A stretch of DNA of 52,743 nucleotides from an uncultured Halobacteria archaeon. Lineage in GTDB: Archaea; Halobacteriota; Syntropharchaeia; JACQPP01. The first letter of the stretch is position 1; every line of letters starts with the position of its first letter. The DNA lies in the NCBI GenBank assembly GCA_964486625.1, contig CAZANW010000002.1, positions 1 to 52,743 of the forward strand. Reading direction: 5' to 3'. A program made the translations under genes and the position numbers. Of this stretch, positions 44,447-52,056 are shown piece after piece. Under the pieces are notes generated by a model. That model had not been told where the DNA came from, searched no databases, and saw only the letters and a list, made by a program, of their open reading frames with translations.

Positions 44447-45421
44447 TCATCTCCGCAGTCTGGCGAGCATCTCCGCCAGCCCGTCCCCATACCCCCACCC
44501 GATGCCCTTGGCCGACCGGACGACCCTCTCCAGCCTCGGCCGGAACTCCCCCCTCCACCTTGAATCCGGGGGCCTGGAGAGCCGCCGCACCGCCTCCCCG
44601 AAGGCCTCCAGCAGCTCCCCGTAGAACCCCTCGTGGATGTCCCCGAACTGCAGGGTGAACCGGTTCCCGGTCTCCACGAAGCAGACCCAGAGTTCCAGCG
44701 CCCCCCGCCGGTCCCCCGTGTCCTTCTCGTACTCCTCGATGGCCCTGCGGGCGGCCTTGAGCCGCAGCTGGGGCTTCCCGTCCGGAGTGTAGAACCCCTC
44801 CCGGACAGCCCGAAGGGCGACTTGGAAGGCCTCCTTTCCTCTGCGGGTGGTCCAAGAGTCCCTTCCAGCGAGCAGGACGAGGTGCCTCATGGCTTTCCTC
44901 TTCTGCACCTCTCTCTGCCAGGGGTTCTCGAGAATCGCCTCCTTGTTCCGGACCAGGTCCTCCGGCGACGCGACGAAGCACCGGACCCCGGCCACCCGCC
45001 CCTCCACGCGCCCTCTCCAAAGGAGGGGTCCGGAGAGTCCGGCGATTCTCCGGCTGAAGTCCACATCGAGATTCCTGGAGTGGAGCCGGACCGGCCAGCC
45101 CCGGAAGAGCCACCCGGCGGCCCGTTCGTCGCTTCCCTTGAGGTCCCTCCAGCGCAGGGAGTCCCTCACCAGCGTGGGGATGCGCGGCGAGTATCCGCGG
45201 CGGATGAGGGCGCGGAAGACCGCCCTTGCCTCCTTCCGCGCGGGGTTGCAGAGGACGATGTCCAAGTCCTTCGGCCGGTGGGAGGGGACCCACTGGTGCA
45301 GGGCGAACCCTCCAACAACCACGAACCGGAGCCCTTTTCGTTTCAGGAGGGCGAGAACCCGGCGGATTTCCTCGGGAGGGGGCGGCCGGCTGCTTGGTTT
45401 ACCCATGGTGGGCGGAATCAT
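44447..45421 (-). CDS. Nucleotidyltransferase-fold N-domain fused to a helical C-domain (DUF6155-like by recollection)
   Basis: The N-domain is RFVVVGGFALHQW...PKDLDIVL. The C-domain FYTPDGKPQLRLKAARRAIEEYEKDTGD...LELWVCFVETGNRFTLQFGDIHEGFYGELLEAFGEAV follows. The start is ATG 45421 or ATG 45406; the upstream part of the track ORF is shadow. Confidence 0.55.
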   Translation of the reverse strand: MIPPTMGKPSSRPPPPEEIRRVLALLKRKGLRFVVVGGFALHQWVPSHRPKDLDIVLCNPARKEARAVFRALIRRGYSPRIPTLVRDSLRWRDLKGSDERAAGWLFRGWPVRLHSRNLDVDFSRRIAGLSGPLLWRGRVEGRVAGVRCFVASPEDLVRNKEAILENPWQREVQKRKAMRHLVLLAGRDSWTTRRGKEAFQVALRAVREGFYTPDGKPQLRLKAARRAIEEYEKDTGDRRGALELWVCFVETGNRFTLQFGDIHEGFYGELLEAFGEAVRRLSRPPDSRWRGEFRPRLERVVRSAKGIGWGYGDGLAEMLARLRR

Positions 45422-45516
45422 CGGGGACTCTAAGTTGGGGACGGTCCGGGAGGCGAGGGTGACCGCAGTGCTGTTGGGGCATTCCTCCCGGGATAGGGGC
45501 CGCCTGAAAGACTTAT

Positions 45517-45870
45517 TCAGGCCCGCGTCCCCCGGCTCTTCTCCCTGGCCCGGATTCGCGCCACCAACTCCTCCACGGTGGCGGTCTCGCTGTCCCGTAT
45601 CTTCCGGATCTCCCGGACGCTGTCCCGCCCCCTCTCCTCCTCCAGCCGGAGCAGCAGGACCCCCGTGGCCAGCCTCCGCTGGAGGAAAACCAACTCCCCG
45701 AAGTCCTTGTCGTTGGTCAGCAGAATCCTCCGCTCCCTCCGCGCCCGCTCCAAGACCTCCTCGTCCGGTGCGGAGGCGCCACCCTCGGAGACGTAGGCCA
45801 CGTCGTGGCCCCTCTTTCGGAGAAGCCGGACGACCTCTCGCTCGACGTTCTCGTCCGCCAGGAACCTCAT
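45517..45870 (-). CDS. DUF5615 (PIN-like/Mut7-C) putative toxin
   Basis: MRFLADENV...LLRKRGHDVAYV...ILLTNDKDFGELVF is the family hallmark. It overlaps the DUF433 gene by 4 nt. Confidence 0.8.
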   Translation of the reverse strand: MRFLADENVEREVVRLLRKRGHDVAYVSEGGASAPDEEVLERARRERRILLTNDKDFGELVFLQRRLATGVLLLRLEEERGRDSVREIRKIRDSETATVEELVARIRAREKSRGTRA

Positions 45871-46115
45871 GCCCCGGCCTTGACCCAGTGGACCTCTTCG
45901 GTCCCCAGGGACTCGGCGGCGTAGGCGAGGGCGGCCCGGACATCCTCCCGCGTCAGGCGGGGGAACTCCCGGAGAATCTCCTCCACGGAGATGTTCTTGG
46001 AGAGTTTCCTAACGACGAGTTCCACGGGAATCCGCGTCCCCCGGATGACGGGCTTCCCCATCATAACGCGGGGGTTGATCTCGATGCGGGACAGGGGGGA
46101 GCGGGCAGCCATCAA
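45867..46115 (-). CDS. DUF433 putative antitoxin
   Basis: It has MMGKPVIRGTRIPVELVV and SVEEILREFPRLTREDVRAALAYA. Confidence 0.8.
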   Translation of the reverse strand: MMAARSPLSRIEINPRVMMGKPVIRGTRIPVELVVRKLSKNISVEEILREFPRLTREDVRAALAYAAESLGTEEVHWVKAGA

Positions 46116-46414
46116 GGAGAGTCGCGCGGCGGTTCATATAAACGTGAAGGGTCATCCGGCGTTGCGAGTTCACCAAGTCCTCCTGTCCGGCGCCATCGGC
46201 GGACCATGGCCACCGCCCGACCCTCGGTCATTCCGGGCACGGTGAACCCTCGGAGACAGGCGAGGGGCTCGCGCCGCTGGGCCTCCTCCAAGGCCTGCTG
46301 AACCCGGAGGCGGAACCACTCGTCCCGTGTCCGGAACCCCATCACCCGGAGGGCCCGGTCCAGCCGCCCGGCAAGTTCCGAGTCGAGCCTGAAGATGGCC
46401 TGTCTCTTGGCCAT
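46112..46414 (-). CDS. Ribbon-helix-helix (CopG-like) protein
   Basis: The N-terminus is MAKRQAIFRLDSELAGRLDRALRVMGFRTRDEWFRLRVQQAL. It has a 4-nt overlap with the DUF433 gene. The C-terminal half has no recognisable features. Confidence 0.6.
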   Translation of the reverse strand: MAKRQAIFRLDSELAGRLDRALRVMGFRTRDEWFRLRVQQALEEAQRREPLACLRGFTVPGMTEGRAVAMVRRWRRTGGLGELATPDDPSRLYEPPRDSP

Positions 46415-46490
46415 GTTCGATCAAGCACACTGCGACACTTGGACCCATCCATGGGCCGAGGTCGAGACGCACCACTGGGTCACCGACGGT

Positions 46491-46592
46491 CCAAAACCCC
46501 GTTTTCGGCCCCCCGAACTGCCCCCGCGCCCCTCTCCCGCTCCGGTTTTTCCGGACCTTTCCGAACTGGCCGGGAGGCTTACTCCACTCCAA
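46491..46592 (+). repeat. ~100-bp direct repeat, left copy (ends in degenerate att core)
   Basis: CCAAAACCCCGTTTTCGGCCCCCCGAACTGCCCCCGCGCCCCTCTCCCGCTCCGGTTTTTCCGGACCTTTCCGAACTGGCCGGGAGGCTTACTCCACTCC is nearly identical to 48020-48123. Confidence 0.85.
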
Positions 46593-46693
46593 TACCGCAG
46601 GCACGACCGGAGCCACCAAGCCGCTGCCCAGCCTATCAGGGTTTCAGGTAGCCGAGGGAAAACTTTACGATTGGCCGAGGCCGAGGGTTTCGA

Positions 46694-47974
46694 ATGGCCG
46701 AACCCAAACCTTTCGATTGGACGACCCCGGGCGCGGCCCGTCTCTACCCCCGCCACGCTGCGGCGCGCCTCGTGGAGGCACTGTCGGACTCGCCCGTGGT
46801 GCTGGTTCACGGCCCCCGGCAGTGCGGCAAGACGACGCTGGCGCGTATGGTGGGAGAGCCGCGGGGCTTCGCCTACTTCAACTTCGACGACGACGTGACT
46901 CGCGCCGCCGCCGCCCAGGATCCCGCCGGCTTCGTGGCCGACCTGCCGCGACGGGTCGTCCTGGACGAGGTGCAGCGGGTTCCGCAACTGTTCGGCGCCC
47001 TCAAGACGGCGGTGGACCGGCACCGCTCGCCGGGCCGGTTCATCCTGACCGGCTCGACCCACGTGCTGCTGCTCCCCCGGCTCGCCGACTCGCTGGCCGG
47101 GCGTATGGAGATCCTGCAGCTTCATCCCCTGGCCCAATGCGAGATCGAGCGGCGCTCCCCGCGTTTCCTGGACCTGCTCTTCGGCCGCGGCTTCAAGACC
47201 CGGACCTCGGAGCGGCTCGGCCACCAACTGGCCGGGCGGATCGTGGCTGGCGGCTACCCGGCGGCCCTCGCGCGCCCCGGCGAGCGCCGCCGCGCGGCGT
47301 GGTACCGGGATTACGTCGAGGCGCTCGTCCAGCGCGACGTGCGCGGCCTCTCCCGGGTCGGCGCGCTGGAGGCCCTGCCGCGCCTGCTCGCCCTCGCCGC
47401 CTCGCAGACGGCGCGCCTGCTGAACGTGGCGGAGCTCGCGGCCCCCTTCCAGCTCAGCCGGCCGACCGTCCGCGACTACGTCACGCTGCTGGAGCGCGTC
47501 TTCCTCCTGCAGAGGCTGCCCCCCTGGCACACCAGCCGGCTGAAGAGGCTCGTGAGGACGCCCAAGCTGCACCTCAGCGACACCGGCGTGGCGGCGGCCC
47601 TCCTCGGCGTGGAGGCGAGGGGTCTGGCGGCCGACCGGCCCCTGCTCGGGCAGCTCCTTGAGACGTTCGTGTTCCAGGAACTGCGGAGGCAGGCGAGTTG
47701 GCGCGACGAGGCCACGGCATTCTTCCACTTCCGGGACAAGGACGGCGCCGAGGTGGACATCGTGGTCGAGCGGGGCGCAGGGGAAGTGGCGGGAATCGAG
47801 GTGAAGGCCTCCGCCACCGTCGCTCCGGCGGACTTCCGCGGCCTGCGCAAGCTCAGGGAGGCTGCGGGCAGGCGCTTCGCCGCGGGCGTGGTGCTCTACG
47901 ACGGGGAGGCGAGCGCGACCTTCGGCGGCGGCCTCTATGCCGTGCCGGTCCGCGCCCTGTGGGAACCTCTGTGA
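46694..47974 (+). CDS. AAA+ ATPase of the AAA_14/DUF4143 family
   Basis: It has Walker A GPRQCGKTT, Walker B VVLDEVQ and a C-terminal DUF4143-like restriction-endonuclease-fold region (VDIVVERGAGEVAGIEVK). Confidence 0.85.
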   Translation: MAEPKPFDWTTPGAARLYPRHAAARLVEALSDSPVVLVHGPRQCGKTTLARMVGEPRGFAYFNFDDDVTRAAAAQDPAGFVADLPRRVVLDEVQRVPQLFGALKTAVDRHRSPGRFILTGSTHVLLLPRLADSLAGRMEILQLHPLAQCEIERRSPRFLDLLFGRGFKTRTSERLGHQLAGRIVAGGYPAALARPGERRRAAWYRDYVEALVQRDVRGLSRVGALEALPRLLALAASQTARLLNVAELAAPFQLSRPTVRDYVTLLERVFLLQRLPPWHTSRLKRLVRTPKLHLSDTGVAAALLGVEARGLAADRPLLGQLLETFVFQELRRQASWRDEATAFFHFRDKDGAEVDIVVERGAGEVAGIEVKASATVAPADFRGLRKLREAAGRRFAAGVVLYDGEASATFGGGLYAVPVRALWEPL

Positions 47975-48019
47975 GCCGGCCGCGTATGTTCTGGGCGACG
48001 TGGGAGATCTGCTGACTGC

Positions 48020-48123
48020 CCAAAAACCCCGTTTTCGGCCCCCCGAACTGCCCCCGCGCCCCTCTCCCGCTCCGGTTTTTCCGGACCTTTCCGAACCGGC
48101 CGGGAGGCTTACTCTCCCCACTC
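48020..48123 (+). repeat. ~100-bp direct repeat, right copy (ends in intact att core)
   Basis: It matches 46491-46592 apart from one A insertion, one T/C change and the 4-nt TCCC present here. Confidence 0.85.
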
Positions 48124-48189
48124 TCTGGGAACAGGGGGTTTACCACCCTCTGCTCCCATCCCACTGTCCGTGAGGGGACCCACCGCCCG

Positions 48190-48640
48190 GGCCAGGGCCG
48201 CGTGGGAGGTCCGAAGTTGGTCTTCGAGGCCCATCTTCTTGGCCTCTTGCTTGGCCCCCTGGAAACTTTCGGGTTTTCGAAAAGCCGGAAGAGCAAGTCG
48301 AGGGAGTTTCGCTCGGCCGCCTCGGCCTTCTCGACCGCCATCGCCGTAGGGGCGTCGCGGGGGAGCCCGCACCGCCCGCAGAAGAGGCCCACGGCGGAGT
48401 TGGGGTCTTTGCACCGGACGCAGTTCCAAGGCTTGAGGGGAACTGGGCCTGCTCCGCCTGCTCCACCTCGACGCCAGCGGAGCAAAGGATGGATTTATCG
48501 ACGTCCCTCCCGGCCAAGTGGACGTGGTGGGCGGGCATTTTGGAGTTCTTGGACCCGTCGAAGAAAAGGCGCATTTCAGGCTCCGTAAGATGGACCGCAA
48601 GGTGGGTGGCGCGGGTGTGCCGGAATGCGTGGGGGTTGAC
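48190..48640 (-). pseudogene. Decayed 3' part of a second tyrosine integrase (same zinc-ribbon architecture)
   Basis: The reverse strand reads NPHAFRHTRATHLAVHLTEPEMRLFFDGSKNSKMPAHHVHLAGRDVDKSIL (His replaces the expected catalytic Tyr). In other frames it reads PWNCVRCKDPNSAVGLFCGRCG...LFRLFENPK and ESFQGAKQEAKKMG. At least two frameshifts are present and the N-terminal two-thirds are missing. Confidence 0.7.
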
Positions 48641-48645
48641 GTCCT

Positions 48646-48809
48646 ACGAAGTCCGGGAGATGCATGGCCTCCCGTGGGGGCCGGTCCGGCAGACCGCGTT
48701 CGACGTCGTGGACGGGGCGATGGGGCGCTCCGTCCCGCGGTGGCCGGGGTTCGCGAGGTATTCTCCCTACGGGATGGTGGCGGAGTTGCGGGCCCTGCTG
48801 CTCGGGTAG
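48646..48809 (+). pseudogene. Orphan 3' fragment of a DUF2236 gene
   Basis: YEVREMHGLPWGPVRQTAFDVVDGAMGRSVPRWPGFARYSPYGMVAELRALLLG* is about 135 nt almost identical to the reverse complement of about 23400-23535. It has no upstream coding partner and abuts the integrase fragment. Confidence 0.7.
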
Positions 48810-48818
48810 GCCGCAGCC

Positions 48819-49799
48819 TCAGAGCATCAACTCGATTCCGAGTTCCTCCGCCAGCTCCTTGTACCGGTTCCGAATCGTGACCTCCGTGACCCCCGCCGCC
48901 TCCGCGACCTCCCGCTGGGTCCGGTGCTCCCCGTAGAGAATCGAGGCGATGTAGATGGCCGCCGCGGCGACCCCCGTGGGGCCCCGACCGCTGGTCAACT
49001 CGCGCTCGGTCGCCTCCCGGACCACGTCCATCGCCTTCGCCTGGACCTCGCCCTTCAGTTTCAGCGCGGAGCAGAAGCGGGGGACGTAGTCGAGGGGGCT
49101 CGTCGGGGTCAGTTTCAGCGTCAACTCCCGGGCGAGGAAGCGGTAGGTGCGGCCGATTTCCTTCCGGCTCACTTTCGCCACCGCCGCGATCTCGTCGAGG
49201 GTCCGCGGCACGTCGCACTGGCGGCAGGCGGCGTAGAGGGCCGCCGCCGCGACCCCCTCGATGGAGCGGCCCCGGACCAGGTTGGACTCCACCGCCTTCC
49301 GATAGACCATGGCGGCGGTCTCCCGGATGTTCCGGCTCATGGACATGGCCGAGGCCATCCGGTCGAGTTCGCTGAGGGCGAAGGTCAGGTTCCTCTCGGT
49401 GGCGCTGCTGACCCGGACCCTCCGCTGCCAGCGCCGCAGGCGGTAGAGTTGGGCCCGGTTGCGCGAGGAGATGAGTTTTCCGTAGGCGTCCCGGTTGCGC
49501 CAGTCAATCACCGTCGAGAGCCCCTTGTCGTGAATCGTGAGCGTGGAGGGCGCCCCGACCCGGGAGCGCCGCATCCTCTGGTCGTGGTCGAAGGCGCGCC
49601 ACTCGGGCCCCTGGTCGATGAAGGCCTCGTCGGCCACCAGACCGCACTGGTTGCAGACCAGTTCGGCCCGCTCGTAGTCGTGGATGAGGTCGCGGGAGCC
49701 GCACTCGGAGCAGACCTTCGGGACCCCCTCCGGGCGCTTGCCCTTCGGGGGACCTTCAGGCGCGGGTCCTTCGGCCGGTCCTGGCTGCAGTTTCTGCAT
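48819..49799 (-). CDS. tfb: Transcription initiation factor IIB (TFB)
   Basis: It has the Zn ribbon [24 protein letters not shown], a B-reader and two cyclin-fold repeats. It is 326 aa. Confidence 0.95.
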   Translation of the reverse strand: MQKLQPGPAEGPAPEGPPKGKRPEGVPKVCSECGSRDLIHDYERAELVCNQCGLVADEAFIDQGPEWRAFDHDQRMRRSRVGAPSTLTIHDKGLSTVIDWRNRDAYGKLISSRNRAQLYRLRRWQRRVRVSSATERNLTFALSELDRMASAMSMSRNIRETAAMVYRKAVESNLVRGRSIEGVAAAALYAACRQCDVPRTLDEIAAVAKVSRKEIGRTYRFLARELTLKLTPTSPLDYVPRFCSALKLKGEVQAKAMDVVREATERELTSGRGPTGVAAAAIYIASILYGEHRTQREVAEAAGVTEVTIRNRYKELAEELGIELML

Positions 49800-50082
49800 G
49801 CTCTCTCCCCGTGTAACCGTATTGCGGCGCCCTCTCCGTGCGGCGGCTCTCGTAGAGCGGCCCCGGGCGCACCTCTCCCCGCGGGTAGAGGACCCCGTAG
49901 GGCCTCCGGACCGGGCCGAAGAGGTCCGAGATGCGGCCCACGTCGCGCCCCGAAGCGTCGGCGAGGGGCATGCCAGGCCGCGCGCGGACGCCGGGCTCCA
50001 TCCGGACCACGAGGCGGCCCTGGATGCGATGGAGCGCGGTGGCGACGGGCTCGATGGATGCGCGAGCGGGCGGAGTTTTCAT
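49756..50082 (-). CDS. gar1: H/ACA RNP protein Gar1
   Basis: The core is [48 protein letters not shown]. Its position upstream of tfb is common in archaea. ATG 50082 is preferred. The 3' end overlaps the tfb start by 44 nt, so the exact end is uncertain. Confidence 0.7.
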   Translation of the reverse strand: MKTPPARASIEPVATALHRIQGRLVVRMEPGVRARPGMPLADASGRDVGRISDLFGPVRRPYGVLYPRGEVRPGPLYESRRTERAPQYGYTGREHAETAARTGRRTRA

Positions 50083-50314
50083 TGGCGCCGGAGGCCGTGG
50101 ACTCCGTTCGCGGGCGCCGGCTTCCGGCGAACGTCGGAAAGCTGGAGAATTGAAGCGCCGCGGCCGGTTGAACTTCGCACCTCTCGGGATGGGAGAAGTT
50201 CGCGGCACACTTCCCCCCGCGGGGCGGGAGTTATAAAGGTTACGAGTTCAGAAATTTCTCCGCGAAATTGCATCGGAGACGGAGCGAGTCCGTGCCCTTT
50301 TTGCCTCGCACCGC

Positions 50315-51055
50315 TCAACTCGCAGGAATCTCAGCGTCCACCACCACGTGCCACACGCCCGGGGCGTATTTTTTCAGCCGGCGCAAAGTCGCACGTGCCC
50401 CCGGTGCCACACTCCGGAGTCGCCGGAGGGGCCGCTCGAGGATTTTTTCGGGCACCCCCTCGTGGTAGTGGAGCCAGCCGCCGCCCCGGAGGGCCCGCAG
50501 GGCGGTCTCCAGGAAGGGCGCGCTGTCGAGGTGGCCCAGGATGACGCGGTCCGCGACCCCGGCGGGGCAGGTGGCGCGGCAGTCGCCGAGGCGGGCGTCC
50601 ACATTCTGGACGCGGTTCAACGCGAGGTTTCGAATCAGAAAACGATACGAATCGGGGTTGAGTTCGAGCGCGTGGACTTTCCGGGGCCTGCCCGTCCGCA
50701 CCATGGGCAGCGTGAAGTAGCCGATGCCGGCGAACATGTCCACCACCACCTCCCCGGGGGCCACGACCCCGGCCATCCGGGCCCGCTCCGAGAGATTCCC
50801 CGGGCTGAACATCACCCGCGTCAGGTCGAGGGAGTAGAGGCAGCCGTTCTCCCGGACCACCGTCTCCCCGCCGTCGCCCGCCAGGACCTCGGCCCGGGGA
50901 ATGCGAAGGGGTCCCGGGGCGACGCCCCGGTAAAACAGCACGCGGCTGCACCGCGGGAAGGCGTCGAGGAACTCCGCGGCCCTGGGGCGGTCCCGGGGGT
51001 CCTTGAGGAGGAGGGCGTCGCCGAGAATCTGGTAGGGGCCCCGGGGAAGGATCAT
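50315..51055 (-). CDS. Trm5/Taw2-type (Met-10+ like) tRNA methyltransferase
   Basis: It has the SAM-binding motif VVDMFAGIGYFTLP and ELNP. ATG 51055 overlaps the NMD3 stop (ATGA). The 554-aa track ORF is a shadow extension. Confidence 0.8.
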   Translation of the reverse strand: MILPRGPYQILGDALLLKDPRDRPRAAEFLDAFPRCSRVLFYRGVAPGPLRIPRAEVLAGDGGETVVRENGCLYSLDLTRVMFSPGNLSERARMAGVVAPGEVVVDMFAGIGYFTLPMVRTGRPRKVHALELNPDSYRFLIRNLALNRVQNVDARLGDCRATCPAGVADRVILGHLDSAPFLETALRALRGGGWLHYHEGVPEKILERPLRRLRSVAPGARATLRRLKKYAPGVWHVVVDAEIPAS

Positions 51056-52056
51056 GGCGGCCCGGGGACTATCACGAGACCGCGCCCGGTCCGGACCACG
51101 GCCACCTCGCGCCCCACCCGCCCGAGGAAGGGGGGGCGGGCCAGGGTCACGGTCTCCAGGGAGGAGGGGTCGAGAATCTGGACCTCGGCTTCGGTGGAGG
51201 AGACCACGGCGGCCCGCTGGACCTCCCCGACCCGGACCGCCCCGGCGGCCTCCACGCTCCGGCGGCGGCCCGTCGCCAGGTCGGTCCCGAGGAGATTCTT
51301 CCCCTTCCACCCCTCGACCCGGAGCAATGCCTCGTCGCCGCGCGCTGCCAGCCGGACCACGTCGCCGGCCCGGAAGGGGCGGAGGCGGACCACCCGCGAC
51401 ACCCGGTAGATCTCCCGGCCGTCGCGCCGGCCCGCCACCTTCGGGCTCGCGGAGGTGGTTCCGCCGAGGACGCCGGCGAGGTGGCGTGCCAGGCGCTCGG
51501 TCTCGCGCTCGCTCTCGATGAACAGGTCGAGGCCGCCCGCCTCCGCCTCCGCCCGGGCCACGTCGAATCCGCCCGCCTCGTCCAGGACCCGGCGCATCTC
51601 CTCCGGGGCCAGGGGCCGCTCCGTGGCCCGGACCTGGACGACCCCCTCGTAGTAGCGGCCCGCCCGCCGGGAGCACGACTCGCACACCTCGGGCTTCAGG
51701 CGGTAGGGGACCTCGCCCTCCAGCCGGACCGGGACCGGGCCGAGGTTGCCGGTGAGGGTGTATCGCAGGACGCCGCCCCACGGGTCTGCGCCCGGGTCCG
51801 CGGCCAGGTCCAGTCCGGGCCTGCGAAGGTCGGGCAGGAACTTGAACGCGCCCCGGAGGGCCTCTTCGACGCTCCGGCCCGCGCCCCGGCTGCCGGTCAG
51901 GATGAGGCTGCACCTCGGGCACCTCCGGCCCCGGAGAACCGGCGGATTGGAAAGGAGGCGGACGCGCTCCGGGGCGCACGCTCCGCAGAGCCCCTTGAAG
52001 AGTTCGGAGGCGGTCTTGGGCGCGCCGCAGCGGGCGCAGAAGAGGGGGGAGGCCAT
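51052..52056 (-). CDS. nmd3: NMD3-family protein
   Basis: It has N-terminal Cys clusters FCARCG...LCGAC...RCPRCS...CESCSRR and a C-terminal OB-like region. ATG 52056 is preferred over TTG 52194. Confidence 0.75.
   Translation of the reverse strand: MASPLFCARCGAPKTASELFKGLCGACAPERVRLLSNPPVLRGRRCPRCSLILTGSRGAGRSVEEALRGAFKFLPDLRRPGLDLAADPGADPWGGVLRYTLTGNLGPVPVRLEGEVPYRLKPEVCESCSRRAGRYYEGVVQVRATERPLAPEEMRRVLDEAGGFDVARAEAEAGGLDLFIESERETERLARHLAGVLGGTTSASPKVAGRRDGREIYRVSRVVRLRPFRAGDVVRLAARGDEALLRVEGWKGKNLLGTDLATGRRRSVEAAGAVRVGEVQRAAVVSSTEAEVQILDPSSLETVTLARPPFLGRVGREVAVVRTGRGLVIVPGPP

Larger units (their letters stand above)
38392..48123 (+). mobile_element. Composite integrated island bounded by an 18-nt att core at the RNase P RNA 3' end (element 1 about 38410-46590; DUF4143 cassette about 46591-48123)
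   Basis: GGCTTACTCTCCCCACTC occurs at 38392-38409 and 48106-48123, and a 4-nt-deleted copy at 46576-46590. The integrase lies adjacent to the left core. The gene content is accessory and GC is locally lower (about 39.7-41.4 kb). Confidence 0.65.

Noticed and set aside
46421-48121. 566-aa ORF on the minus strand opposite the DUF4143 ATPase
   Set aside because: It has no motifs and an Arg/Gly/Pro-rich composition. It spans both direct repeats, whereas the plus-strand ATPase has clear Walker motifs.
51056-51979. N-terminal 308 aa of ORF 50315..51979 (-)
   Set aside because: It is a shadow frame over the NMD3 gene. The methyltransferase begins at ATG 51055, which overlaps the NMD3 stop.
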